This document shows, piece by piece, positions 48,257 to 57,868 of a stretch of 64,000 bases of DNA. The position numbers and the translations under genes were made by a program. The DNA comes from a bacterium (GTDB taxonomy: Bacteria > UBA8248 > JACPRG01 > G963555815): the NCBI GenBank assembly GCA_965218795.1, contig OZ244653.1, positions 480,001 to 544,000 on the forward strand, written 5' to 3'. The first letter of the stretch is position 1, and every line of letters starts with the position of its first letter. The notes under the pieces were generated by a model. The model did not search any database and was not told where the DNA came from. It worked only from the letters and a program-made list of their open reading frames with translations.

Positions 48257-49329
48257 TTGCTTTTCGTATAGAAGCCGCGGATGCGTTCGCGCATCACCGC
48301 GCCGGTTCGGCCGGCTTCCGGAAGCTCGATCGAGGGCTCATGCGACCCGTCGAGCAGGTTCTCGGTGAACTCGGAGAGGTCCACGGCCTCGAAGTCGATG
48401 CGCTCCATCTCCGCGACCGTGAAGCCGCGGCAGCTGCCCCAGCCGATCCCGAGCTGGCTGCGCACGCCTTCCTGCAGGATGCGCCCGAGCTTCGAGCCGA
48501 ACACGCACCAGGAGCGTTTCCAGCGGATGCACACGCCGAAGATCCGCTTGGCGCATCGCTTGCCCAGGTAATGCGTGTTCCCGGCATGGCGCTCCTCGGC
48601 CAGAAGGCGCTCTCCCTCGGTGCAGCCGGCCAGGCCGATGAGCGCGCCCGAGTTCCTGCAGCAATCGGCGAGCCCGCCCCACTGGATCCGGCAGGACCGG
48701 CGATCTCCTCGGAAGAACCGGAGATGGTCACAGTCGAATTCCTCTCCGCCCAGCTCGATGGCCATGTTGAGCCGGGCCGCCGAAACGACGAACCCGGTAT
48801 TGGCCCGGGACGCCGCGGTTCCGCACTCGGCGCCCACGCACCAGGAGACCGAGCCGCAATGGCCTCCGGCCTCGGCGCGCTCGAGCCCCGCCTTGCAGTC
48901 ATTCACCGATCCGGACGCGATCCCGTCCGCGCCCCAGAGGGGGGAATCGACGTCGCCTTCGATCCCGTCCCCGCGCTTCACCATCGGATCGTCCGTCCCG
49001 ACCGGCGCGTCCGGGCGCTTGACCGTACCCTCGATCACCGCGCGGCCGGCCTGGCCCCCGGGATCGGCGGGATCGTTTATCACCCGGTTCGCGGCGTCCC
49101 CCAGATCGCCCGGACCCAGGCTCCTCTCGGGCAGGTTCGTTCCAGCGTAGCCCGGCACATGGGCGGCGGAATCCGCATCCTTCGCGATGGCGCCCGCCGC
49201 GGCCTGTCCCGCCTGTCCGATCGCGCGGGCCGCCGCCGCCGGGTCTTCGCCCTGGGCTTTACCGGCAATCAAGTGTGTCAGGACCAGCAGGGCCAAGATG
49301 ATGGCCTTCATTCCGTTTTTTCGGTTCAT
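48253..49329 (-). CDS. traN: Short (358 aa) TraN mating-pair adhesin
   Basis: Signal peptide; DCC...C...E; HYLGKRC...GVC....SWCVFGSKLGRILQE; CRGFT..E...IDF..VDLSEF. Confidence 0.88.
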   Translation of the reverse strand: MNRKNGMKAIILALLVLTHLIAGKAQGEDPAAAARAIGQAGQAAAGAIAKDADSAAHVPGYAGTNLPERSLGPGDLGDAANRVINDPADPGGQAGRAVIEGTVKRPDAPVGTDDPMVKRGDGIEGDVDSPLWGADGIASGSVNDCKAGLERAEAGGHCGSVSWCVGAECGTAASRANTGFVVSAARLNMAIELGGEEFDCDHLRFFRGDRRSCRIQWGGLADCCRNSGALIGLAGCTEGERLLAEERHAGNTHYLGKRCAKRIFGVCIRWKRSWCVFGSKLGRILQEGVRSQLGIGWGSCRGFTVAEMERIDFEAVDLSEFTENLLDGSHEPSIELPEAGRTGAVMRERIRGFYTKSK

Positions 49330-50039
49330 GGCCGGTCTCCTATCAGGCTTGCGAGATGGCGGCGCGCGGCCGCGCGGCCCGGTCCGCCCTCGGAGGCGAT
49401 GGCCTCGAGCGCCGCTTCCAGGCCGATGTTTCCTGATATGCGGTCGTGGGGCGGCGCAGGATCCGTTGCGCAGCCCCGGCTCTTGCAAGGCGGAACTCCG
49501 CCAGGGACCACGGCCACGGCCGGGATCGCCTCGATGTCGAAGATCCGGAACAGCCGGGGATCGATCGTGGCGCCGGACTTTCGGTCCAGGTACGGGCCGA
49601 TGCGCTTCACCGTGGCCTGCAACCCGTCCGGGCCGATCCCGCGCAACACCAGCGGCGCTCCGATCCGCGCGGCCTCGCGGCTCCACTGCCGCCAGCTCGC
49701 CGCGGGCGCCGACAGGCTCATGAACACGATGACCTCGGCGCTGTGTGGACGTGTTGAAAGGCCGCCGGCGACCCGGCCGGCATGGCCCTCGGCCGGGAGC
49801 GGGCCGGAGGCCCCGGGGGCCTGCTTGCCCGCGCGTTCCAGCGCGCGCTCGATCACCGAGCGCGACCAGGCGTCCAGGTCCCCGCCACGGGCTTTTGCCG
49901 GTTTCCGCAGGACCTGATCGACCATATCGCGCGCCAAGTCCCTGGCTTTTCCCTGGGCCCGGGCCGGGCCGCACCAGGCCGCCAGGACGAGGGCGCAGGC
50001 GAGGGCTGAGATGGTCTTGCGAATCGGGTTATCGTTCAT
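49326..50039 (-). CDS. trbC: F-type pilin assembly protein TrbC
   Basis: VFMSLSAP; LVLRGI; IDPRLFRIFDIEAIPA; ISGNI.L..AL. Confidence 0.9.
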   Translation of the reverse strand: MNDNPIRKTISALACALVLAAWCGPARAQGKARDLARDMVDQVLRKPAKARGGDLDAWSRSVIERALERAGKQAPGASGPLPAEGHAGRVAGGLSTRPHSAEVIVFMSLSAPAASWRQWSREAARIGAPLVLRGIGPDGLQATVKRIGPYLDRKSGATIDPRLFRIFDIEAIPAVAVVPGGVPPCKSRGCATDPAPPHDRISGNIGLEAALEAIASEGGPGRAAARRHLASLIGDRP

Positions 50040-50049
50040 GTCGACCTCC

Positions 50050-51051
50050 TCAGAGCAGACAGCAGTTGCGCTTGCGCCAGAGCAGGTAGCCGAAGCTCTC
50101 GCCCGCCACGGGCAGCTCGCGCAGCGCTTCCCAGATCACCGAGGATCGGCCCGTGGGGTTGCAGCCCGTGAGGGGCGAGGTGGCCGGGACCGGCTGGGTC
50201 ATCTGCCAGCGGTACTGGGACTTCTTCATGATCGGCATGGGGTAGCGCCCGCAGAGCGCCGCCGTCCCCGAGGTCCCCCAGGCGAGCAGTAGCCGGTGAA
50301 GACGGAACACGAGCCGCCCGGCCGCGAGGAGCGAGGCCTGGACCCCGCCCACGTGGGCGGCCACGTTGCCGGTCAAGGGATACATTCCCCCCTGGCAGCC
50401 CGCGCACCAGAACAGCGGATCCAGCGGCAGGCCCGCCGAGGCGGCGGCGCAATCGGCCGCGCAGGCCGCCTGGGCCGGCAGGTCCGCGAACAGCGCGGCT
50501 TCCGGGTTCAACAGGAAGGACAGCTCGTCGTCGAGCCAGGCGGGGTCGAGCTCGGAGACCCAGGCGATGTCGAGCCCCCCGCTTTCGAGGCAGCCGATGT
50601 CGAGCAGGGCCCCGATCCAGGAGAGAAGGGGATAGGCGTAGTCATGGACGTGCCACACGGAGCCCGAGGCGCCGTCGCCACCCGAGGATCCGGTGCGTCC
50701 GCGCCCTGCTGGCAGGCCCGGGTCTATGGTCATGCCCCCGAGGTTGGGGAAGCACCAGGGCGCGCGGCTGACGTCGATCAGCCGCGCCGGCTCCCACAAG
50801 CCCAGGGAGAGCCCGATCCGGGGGATCGGCTTGCCGCAGAGGCAGATCGGCGATCCCGGATTGGGCGTGTCCGGCGCGCCCGCAGCGCCGCCCATGCGGA
50901 TCGGCCCGATCGAGATCGGCAAAAGGCACTCCCAGCACACGTCCGTGACGGGGTTCACGAAACGCCCGGTGCAGGACTGGGCGGATGCGGTCCCCGTGGA
51001 CAGGACTCCGGCGAGGACCAGCGCCGCGCAGACGGTCTCCAGGGATCTCAT
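50050..51051 (-). CDS. traU: TraU
   Basis: C.GRFVNPVTDVCWECLLP; WEPARL; SELDP.W; FWCAGCQG; WRKRNCC. Confidence 0.95.
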   Translation of the reverse strand: MRSLETVCAALVLAGVLSTGTASAQSCTGRFVNPVTDVCWECLLPISIGPIRMGGAAGAPDTPNPGSPICLCGKPIPRIGLSLGLWEPARLIDVSRAPWCFPNLGGMTIDPGLPAGRGRTGSSGGDGASGSVWHVHDYAYPLLSWIGALLDIGCLESGGLDIAWVSELDPAWLDDELSFLLNPEAALFADLPAQAACAADCAAASAGLPLDPLFWCAGCQGGMYPLTGNVAAHVGGVQASLLAAGRLVFRLHRLLLAWGTSGTAALCGRYPMPIMKKSQYRWQMTQPVPATSPLTGCNPTGRSSVIWEALRELPVAGESFGYLLWRKRNCCLL

Positions 51052-51719
51052 GGATGGTCTCCGGCGGTCGCGGGATTGGCTTCGTCCCTGAGCGGCACTT
51101 CCGTGATCCGGAGCATGGATCCCACGACCTCGACCAGGGACGGGGTGGCGCGGAGCCCGAACCGTTTCGAGAGCCGGCCGTTCTGGTCGAAGAAGAAGCG
51201 CCGTTCGTGGGCGCGCATCAGGTCCAGCGGACGGCCGGCCAGGAGCACGATCCTCGCGCGTCGTTCGTGGCCGAGGGCCCAGGCCACCTCGGTCGGCCGC
51301 GAGCCGTCGATGAATAGCAGGTCCCGGGTCAGCGGGTACACCTCGAGGGGGTTGATCCGAGCGCCTTGGGCCGCGATCAGGGTTCCGTCGTCCGCCCGGA
51401 TATCCCGATCGACCGTGATGGAAGGATCGAACAGCCGGGTGCGACGGACGCGCGCGGGCCCGATGCCCTCGACGCGTCCGGGCCCCTCGATGCGTTCCCG
51501 GGCCCGGTCCAGGGCCTCGCGGCGCATGCGGGCCAGCTCGCCCGAGGCCTCAAGCGCTCCAAGCCGGGCCTCGATCCGTTCGAGCAGGTCGGGCTCGGCG
51601 ACCGGCCACACCGCGCCGCGCACGCCGAGGTCCTTTGCGGGAGCGGGCAGCGCCGTAAGCGTCAGCGCGTAGGCAATCGCGACGAGACGGAAACGGGGCA
51701 GGAGAACACGCCGCGTCAT
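51048..51719 (-). CDS. traW: TraW
   Basis: DLGVRGAVWPVAEPDLL; FDPSI; RINPL; FFDQNGRL. Confidence 0.93.
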   Translation of the reverse strand: MTRRVLLPRFRLVAIAYALTLTALPAPAKDLGVRGAVWPVAEPDLLERIEARLGALEASGELARMRREALDRARERIEGPGRVEGIGPARVRRTRLFDPSITVDRDIRADDGTLIAAQGARINPLEVYPLTRDLLFIDGSRPTEVAWALGHERRARIVLLAGRPLDLMRAHERRFFFDQNGRLSKRFGLRATPSLVEVVGSMLRITEVPLRDEANPATAGDHP

Positions 51720-52291
51720 GGCCGCCCCTCCTCAGGTTTTGCGAGCGGTCCCTTGAGCCCGATCCAGGGAATGTCGGGCAGGGCCCAGGTCCGGCCACGG
51801 ATGCGCTCCCGCGGGATGAGCCCGATCTCCGCGTAGCGGCTGTCATGGCTGTCCATGTGATCGGCGTGGACGTAGTAGCGGCCCGGCGGGATCACGCCCG
51901 GCCGGGCCGTGTCCAGCGCGCGCCCGTCGAGCGCATGCGTCTTGGCAATCCCGAGGACCGCGCCGTTCACCGAGACACGGCGTTCCCTGTCCACCTCCAC
52001 CCGGTCTCCGGGCAGGCCGCGCACGGTCTTGAGGTAGGGGATCGCCGAACCCGTCGCCTCGGGCGGGTCGAACAGGATTGCGTCGCCTTGTTGGGGCTCG
52101 CCCACGAGGGGCAGCACGAAATACCCCCAGGCCCCGTCGGACCAGCTCGCGTTCACGTAGACGCGCGAGGCCGCGACGAGCCACAGCCCGGCCAGCGCGA
52201 CCGCCCAGAGCAGGATCCTGCGGCCCCGTCCGGTTCGTTCGGGCGCTCTCCGTCCGGGCGCACGCGGCAAGGCGTGCAGGTTCTCCCTCAT
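51716..52291 (-). CDS. trhF: Conjugative S26 signal peptidase (TrhF-like)
   Basis: VNASWS; YLKTVRGLPGDRV; DSHDSRY..IG. Confidence 0.85.
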   Translation of the reverse strand: MRENLHALPRAPGRRAPERTGRGRRILLWAVALAGLWLVAASRVYVNASWSDGAWGYFVLPLVGEPQQGDAILFDPPEATGSAIPYLKTVRGLPGDRVEVDRERRVSVNGAVLGIAKTHALDGRALDTARPGVIPPGRYYVHADHMDSHDSRYAEIGLIPRERIRGRTWALPDIPWIGLKGPLAKPEEGRP

Positions 52292-52668
52292 TGTGTTTCC
52301 TCCGGGTTCGTCGGGGGATGGGTTTTGGACGAGGCCGCCCGGATCGCCGCCTTGATCTCGGCGGTGAGGTCCGGCGCCCCGGCCGCGACCGCCCTTGCCG
52401 GCAGCAGCACCGCGCGGTGACGCGCCGCCGTCCGGACGAGCGCCTCTTCGAGCCGATGCGCCCAGCCGCGGACAGCTTTTGCGGCCTCCTCTTGGTCTCC
52501 TTGTTCCCGGGCGGCCTTGGCCATGTAGTCCGCCGTGAGCTCGGCAAGCCGGACGCTCGCGATGCGCGGGACCCTCTCCAGGGTGATGCGCGCCGTGACG
52601 GCCGAGACCGCCGCGGCCACCCCGGCACTCAGCAGAAGCGCGGCGGCCAACGCCGTGGGCCCGCTCAT
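52288..52668 (-). CDS. trbI: TrbI F-type protein
   Basis: N-terminal TM; IASVRL..L; AV.AGAPDLT.EI. Confidence 0.8.
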   Translation of the reverse strand: MSGPTALAAALLLSAGVAAAVSAVTARITLERVPRIASVRLAELTADYMAKAAREQGDQEEAAKAVRGWAHRLEEALVRTAARHRAVLLPARAVAAGAPDLTAEIKAAIRAASSKTHPPTNPEETQ

Positions 52669-53417
52669 GACCCAGTCCGTTCCGGCGCCGTCTGTATGTG
52701 CGTGGCATGTGGTTCCTCCGGTGGGGTGGGGTCGTGCGTGCCGCGGGACTCCCCCTGGGCGGACGCGATGGGGCCCCGTCCCGCGCCCTCCTGCCCCTTC
52801 AGGGCCCGGAAGCGGTCCAGCCAGAGCCTGGCCGCCCGATCCGGATCCACGGTCCGGATGCGGCGCTTGAGGGGCGGGAAGGCGATCGCGGAAGCCGCGT
52901 CGTCGCGTGCTCCCGGCAGGTCCCGGTCCTCCGCGGCCTCGGCCATGCGTGCCACGAAACGCAGCAGTTCCGCCTGCTCCGGAGAGGGCTCCGCGTCGAG
53001 CCCGGCCGACTCGCGCACGGCCCGGTCCACGATCCCGCCGAGCCGCTTCCACCGCTCCGCCCCGCGCTGTGAGGAAGCGGCCTCGGGTCCCAGCCACGCG
53101 ACGCTAGCGTCGGCGAGAAGCGCATGGAGGGCCGCCTCCCGGCGGTCCCCAGGTCCTTCGAGGGCCTCGATCTCCTCGCTCATCAGCACCCCGTGGGCGG
53201 CCAGCGAGTGGAACCGTCTGAGCCGGCCGCCCCGGCGGCAAGTGTTGGCCAGCACGTGGGCCAGGGCCTCGAAGTCCACGACGTCCGGCGTCAGCCCCTC
53301 GGGGTCCCCCGGCCAGACGAGGGGCCGATCTCCGGGTCCGGGCTCCTCCGCCCGGGCCGCGGTCCGTTTGGGGGATGTGGCGCTCAATGGGGCCCGCCTG
53401 TTCCTGTCCTTGCTCAT
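52665..53417 (-). CDS. HD-superfamily-like protein with degenerate metal-binding motif
   Basis: AAGGAG RBS; LAHVLANTCRRGG...FHSLAAHGVL...ALLADASVAWLG versus family pattern IAH.L...CR..G..YSVAQH...ALLHDA.EAY.GD. Confidence 0.7.
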   Translation of the reverse strand: MSKDRNRRAPLSATSPKRTAARAEEPGPGDRPLVWPGDPEGLTPDVVDFEALAHVLANTCRRGGRLRRFHSLAAHGVLMSEEIEALEGPGDRREAALHALLADASVAWLGPEAASSQRGAERWKRLGGIVDRAVRESAGLDAEPSPEQAELLRFVARMAEAAEDRDLPGARDDAASAIAFPPLKRRIRTVDPDRAARLWLDRFRALKGQEGAGRGPIASAQGESRGTHDPTPPEEPHATHIQTAPERTGS

Positions 53418-53454
53418 GTGTGTCTCCTTCTCGTTCTTGAGGTATGAAGAACCG

Positions 53455-55989
53455 TCACGGCGCATCGTTCCCGGGGCCCGCTGCCTCCCCGGGCAGGCCG
53501 CTCTCCGCGATGCGGTCGATAGCCTGCTCGGTGGTGAGGCCTTCGTCCTTCAGTTTTTCGACCGCGGCGAAGGCGGGTCCGCGCGAGGAGTAGAGGGCTA
53601 CCGACCATGGGTCCAGGGCGAGGCGCGCCACGCGCCAGCCGTCCGGGCCGTGCAGCACCAGCTCGGCATGGCGCCCGTCCACGGTGGCCAGGCTCTTGAG
53701 GGCCCGCTCCATGCCCGGATCGCAGTGGATGCGCTTTTCCTGCTTGAGGAGCTCGACCGACTCGTCCTTCTGGGCCAGGAAGATCGTCCAGTCCGCGTTG
53801 TCCCAGGCCGCCCGGGCCGCGGGGTTGGCGTAGTAGTCGTTGACGCTCTGGGTGCCGGTGACCAGCGCGCCCCGGTACTTGCGCGCCCGCCTGGCCGCGC
53901 CCTCGAGGAAGGCCCGGCTGTCCTCGCCCGACAGAAGGTCCCAGGCCTCGTCGATGACGATCGCCTTTGGCCGGGTTCTGGGGCCGTGATACATGCGCTG
54001 GGTGGCGAGGAAGACCACCAGCATGAGCACCACGCCCTGGACGTCGCCCCGGCCCTTGAGCTCGGCGAGCTCGAACACGGTGACCGCGGCGTCCAGGGTC
54101 GGCGTCTCGGCTCCCTCGAAGAGCCGCCCGAGCGCGCCGCCCGGCCGCCACGGTCCGAGGGCCAGGGCCATGTCGGACGCCCTTCGGTCGCCCGCTTCCT
54201 CCAGCCGGCGCTGCACGGTCCCGAGATCGGCGTTGTTGCCGGCCTCTTCCCAGGCGCGCGCGATGGCCTCGTCGATCAGCGCCGCCTCGATGTCGTCGAT
54301 GCGCCCGCGCCGCCGGCACATGCGCCCGACCACGGCGGCCAGCATGGAAAAGCATTCCTCGCGGTAATCGCCGTCCCGGGCCGCCACGTCCGCGTCGATC
54401 ATGGCGAAGGGGTTGAGCCTCGCCGGGTCCTTGCCGAAGGCGATGAAGGCGCCGCCCAGGGCCTCGGCCGTGTGCTGGAAGGAACGCCCGTCGTCGATCA
54501 CCACGGCCTCGCCGCCCGCGCCCGCGATGCCCGCGACCAGCTCCTGCATCAGGACCGACTTGCCCGAGCCGGACTTGCCGGTCACGGCCACGTTGTAGTT
54601 CCCGGCCTCGTTGGCGAAGGGGGACCAGCACGCGGGCTGGCCCCGCCTCCCGATCAGGAGCAGCGCCGGCGGCGCATCGGGCGACGCCCCCTGGCCTCGC
54701 CATTCGCCGTGCACCGGCGCGAGATTGACGGCCGAGGAGGTGAGCAGGGTCTTCATCCGGCCCATGCGGGCGAGGTCCGCGTCGAGCCCGCCCGCCGGAA
54801 CCATGGGCAGGCAGGCGAGCCAGGCCGGCAGATGGGCGTAGCGCTCGGCGCCCAGGCGCCAGCCCTGGCCGTGATAGATGGCCCGCACCGCCTGCTCGGC
54901 CTCGTCGATGGCGTCGAGGGGCGCGTAGACCGCGATCGTGTAGCAGGCCTTGACCAGCCGCTCCCCGTCCTTGAGCCGCTCGGTGACGAAGCGCCAGTCC
55001 CGGGCCTTCTCGGGCAGGCCCGGCAGGTAGCGCGCGATCCCCGTTCCCGCCTGCTGCGTGGCCCGGGCGGACTTGAGGAAGGCGCGCTCGCCGTCGGCCG
55101 CGTCGCCCATCGCGACGGTAAGCGTGGTCAGGACCGGGGCGCCCGGCTGCAAAAAGTCCCGGTGGAAGTCTCCGATCAGGGCGTTGCCGCGCCAGCCGGG
55201 CCAAACCTCGGGGAAGGCCCGGGCCGAGAGCACGCGCACCGCCACGTCCGTTCCGTCCGGGTGAAGGAAGACCAGGCCCGCGGGCGCGACGGTCAGGGCC
55301 CGGCCCGGCGCCGCGCACTGAAGATGAATGGGGTCTCTGGGCGACCAGCGCCTTAGGGGCCGGTCCAGCCCGCCGTCATGCTCTCCCGCCAGGTCGGGGG
55401 CCGCGAGCTCCGAGGCGAGGGACAGCAGAACGTCCGGCTCGACCCGCCGCGCCTCCGCCCCGGCCGAGGCGAGGGTGCCTTCCAAGGCCCGTCGGAAGCC
55501 CCCGAGGGCGGTCTCGGCCGCCGGTCCGGCCGGGCCCGCCAGGCAGGCCGCGAGGAACACCCGGCAGTCGTTCAGGGTAAAGGGCGGTCCGCCCGCATGG
55601 AGGGGGCGCCATCCGGCATGGGCGAACAGGGCCCCGCGCCGTTCGGCCATCCCCGCCTGTACCCCGCTCGTCAGGCGCCGGGGTTCGGCCCAGCTCCCGA
55701 TCGCCGCCCCGTAGCGCGGGCTCGTCCAATGGATGATCTGCACCACCGCGCGCTCGGGCGCGGCGTCGGCGAGCGTGCCGGCCAGCGCGCCCAGGGTCTC
55801 CTCGTCGATCCCCACGAAGGGCGGCAGCTCCAACAGGAAGCCGCAGCTCGCGGCGTTGATGTAGAGCTCGCTCCCTTCGTCCCAGGCCCGCCAGGGCAGG
55901 AGGCCGGCGAGGGGCGCCGGCAGGGCCGGAAGGGTCCAGGGCTGAAGCGCGTCCGGTCCCCTGAGCAGGTCCTTGAGGCGCTGGATCAC
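53455..55989 (-). CDS. traC: VirB4-family ATPase TraC
   Basis: GRRGQ; NYNVAVTGKSGSGKS; IDDGRSF; IDEAWDLL; RARKYRG. Confidence 0.95.
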   Translation of the reverse strand: MIQRLKDLLRGPDALQPWTLPALPAPLAGLLPWRAWDEGSELYINAASCGFLLELPPFVGIDEETLGALAGTLADAAPERAVVQIIHWTSPRYGAAIGSWAEPRRLTSGVQAGMAERRGALFAHAGWRPLHAGGPPFTLNDCRVFLAACLAGPAGPAAETALGGFRRALEGTLASAGAEARRVEPDVLLSLASELAAPDLAGEHDGGLDRPLRRWSPRDPIHLQCAAPGRALTVAPAGLVFLHPDGTDVAVRVLSARAFPEVWPGWRGNALIGDFHRDFLQPGAPVLTTLTVAMGDAADGERAFLKSARATQQAGTGIARYLPGLPEKARDWRFVTERLKDGERLVKACYTIAVYAPLDAIDEAEQAVRAIYHGQGWRLGAERYAHLPAWLACLPMVPAGGLDADLARMGRMKTLLTSSAVNLAPVHGEWRGQGASPDAPPALLLIGRRGQPACWSPFANEAGNYNVAVTGKSGSGKSVLMQELVAGIAGAGGEAVVIDDGRSFQHTAEALGGAFIAFGKDPARLNPFAMIDADVAARDGDYREECFSMLAAVVGRMCRRRGRIDDIEAALIDEAIARAWEEAGNNADLGTVQRRLEEAGDRRASDMALALGPWRPGGALGRLFEGAETPTLDAAVTVFELAELKGRGDVQGVVLMLVVFLATQRMYHGPRTRPKAIVIDEAWDLLSGEDSRAFLEGAARRARKYRGALVTGTQSVNDYYANPAARAAWDNADWTIFLAQKDESVELLKQEKRIHCDPGMERALKSLATVDGRHAELVLHGPDGWRVARLALDPWSVALYSSRGPAFAAVEKLKDEGLTTEQAIDRIAESGLPGEAAGPGNDAP

Positions 55990-56618
55990 GGCAGCCTCCA
56001 GCGCGCCGGCTCCAGGACCGTGCGCACCCAGTGGGCCTCGCGAAAGACCCCGTCGGCGTCCACGAAGGGGGCGATCCATATCCGCGCGATCCTCTCCTTT
56101 GTGCGCAGGGCCTTCACGCCCGGGCCGTCACCGGCCGCATCCGTGGTTCCTTGGGTTGGCGGAACGGGTTTTGGTTCGGCAGGGGCTGCGGCAGTTGGAC
56201 GCTCCGCGTCCGTGGACTCCTCTGTGACGGCGTCTCGGTCCCATAAGGTCCGGAACCATGTCGCGAGCCAGGCCATGGGATCGCAGCCTTTGGCGCAGGG
56301 GGTGTCGTCACTCGGCCTTGTCGCCGGGGCGCCCGACCCTTGGGCACCGTCGGTATTTGCCTGGTAAAGGGGCGTCCGGGTGGCAAGGCCCTGGGTTTTC
56401 CCCGGGGTCCGGACGGCCGGATCGGTGTCCGCCACGCTCGTGCAGGCCGCGCCCTGGGCCACGGGGCACTGCCAGGAGTCGCCCACGTGGGTCGCCGCGC
56501 AGCCGCCCAGGACCAGGGCCGCCGCGAGGATCGCTGGGACCACAGGCAGGAAGGACAAGACCGTCCGGCTTTTTCCAATTCGTTGATGGATCCTCGATTG
56601 GGTGGATTGGGTTCTCAT
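55986..56618 (-). CDS. traV: TraV lipoprotein
   Basis: LVLGGC lipobox; W.CP...G..C; R..ERIARIWIAPFVDADG. Confidence 0.88.
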   Translation of the reverse strand: MRTQSTQSRIHQRIGKSRTVLSFLPVVPAILAAALVLGGCAATHVGDSWQCPVAQGAACTSVADTDPAVRTPGKTQGLATRTPLYQANTDGAQGSGAPATRPSDDTPCAKGCDPMAWLATWFRTLWDRDAVTEESTDAERPTAAAPAEPKPVPPTQGTTDAAGDGPGVKALRTKERIARIWIAPFVDADGVFREAHWVRTVLEPARWRLP

Positions 56619-57868
56619 TGGCCTCCTCTTTTCTTGTCCTTGCGCCCGTCGAGCCAGGCGCCCTCGATGAACACCACGGTCACCCGCGTGCCCGTCTGGA
56701 GCTGAATCACCGGCTGGTACTGCTCGGCCCGGCGGATCAGGTAGTCGGCCACCCGGCGGCCCGCCGATCCGGCGCCCGCGCCGATCCCGGCCTGGCCGAG
56801 CGTGGCCAGGCTCGACAGGTTCACGGTCCCGTCCGAGCCGGTCGCCCTGGCCGGGGCCTGCAGCAGGTTGGCGGCGGTCTCGCCCACGCCCGAGATGAGG
56901 CCCGCGAGGAACGCCTTCTCGACCAGGGCCCCCTCGCGGCTCACCACCGGGCCCCGGACGCCCGCCTTGCCGCTCCCGGCCACGAAGCCCGCGACCTGGG
57001 TCTCGGTCACGGTCCCCCGGGCGGGCCCGGCGCAGGTCAGGGTCCTCAGACGGACGTAGACCTTCTCGGAGGAGAGGTCCCCGTAGCCGGCGCCGGTCAG
57101 CGTGCATCCCGCCACGTCCGCCTCGAGCGCCTGGCCTCCCTCGGCCGCGCTCCGGGCAGGACCGGTCAGCCGCAGCAGCACCGGGCGCGGCTCGCCCTGG
57201 GAGGCGACGCCCGCCGAGGCGTCCACGCCGGCCAGCACCACGGCGTCCGCATAAGAACCCGCCGGCAGCCAGGACCTGACGGCACGGGGTCCCGGAGAGG
57301 CGGCGCCCTTGACCGCCGGAACCGCATCGCCTTCGAACACCTGGATCATGGGCACGGCCGGTGCGCCCCCCGGGGCCTCGGAGGCTCTCTTACCGGGAGG
57401 GGGTTGGCTCGAACCCGCGCGGGTGAAATCATTCGCGCCCGCGGCGGTCCGGTCCTCGGGACCCGACCCAGCCGTCCGGGCTTCGAGGCGACCGCGCAAC
57501 TCCTCGATGGCCGCGGCCTGTTGGTCGATCACCGCCCGGCCGTCCTCGGCGCCGCGCGCGAGGCGCTCTCTGAGCTTTGCGTTCTCCTGATCGGTCCGGC
57601 GGCTTCGCGTCTCCATGTCCCGGATCCGCGTCTCCAGTTCGCCGATCCGCGCCTCCGAGCGGCGCACCCAGCTCACCTCCGCCGTATCCGGACCGGCCAG
57701 CTTTGCCCGGATCCCGCTTGACGGCGGCGAGCCTCCACCGCCGCCCGCCGAGAACCACACCGCGAATACGATCAGCAACGCCGCGGCCACGCCCGAGAAG
57801 AGCAGAACCTGTTGCTGACGAGTACGCCGGGCCTCCGGATCCATGGGAGCCTTGTCCGGGCCGCTCAT
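56615..57868 (-). CDS. traB: TraB (VirB10-like)
   Basis: TM plus coiled coil; WLPAGS; GDLSSEKV.VR...L.C; GKAGVRG.VV.R; AEQYQPVI. Confidence 0.93.
   Translation of the reverse strand: MSGPDKAPMDPEARRTRQQQVLLFSGVAAALLIVFAVWFSAGGGGGSPPSSGIRAKLAGPDTAEVSWVRRSEARIGELETRIRDMETRSRRTDQENAKLRERLARGAEDGRAVIDQQAAAIEELRGRLEARTAGSGPEDRTAAGANDFTRAGSSQPPPGKRASEAPGGAPAVPMIQVFEGDAVPAVKGAASPGPRAVRSWLPAGSYADAVVLAGVDASAGVASQGEPRPVLLRLTGPARSAAEGGQALEADVAGCTLTGAGYGDLSSEKVYVRLRTLTCAGPARGTVTETQVAGFVAGSGKAGVRGPVVSREGALVEKAFLAGLISGVGETAANLLQAPARATGSDGTVNLSSLATLGQAGIGAGAGSAGRRVADYLIRRAEQYQPVIQLQTGTRVTVVFIEGAWLDGRKDKKRGGQ

Noticed and set aside
49330-49974. Longer TraN start giving 573 aa
   Set aside because: Overlaps trbC out of frame and places the signal peptide internally.
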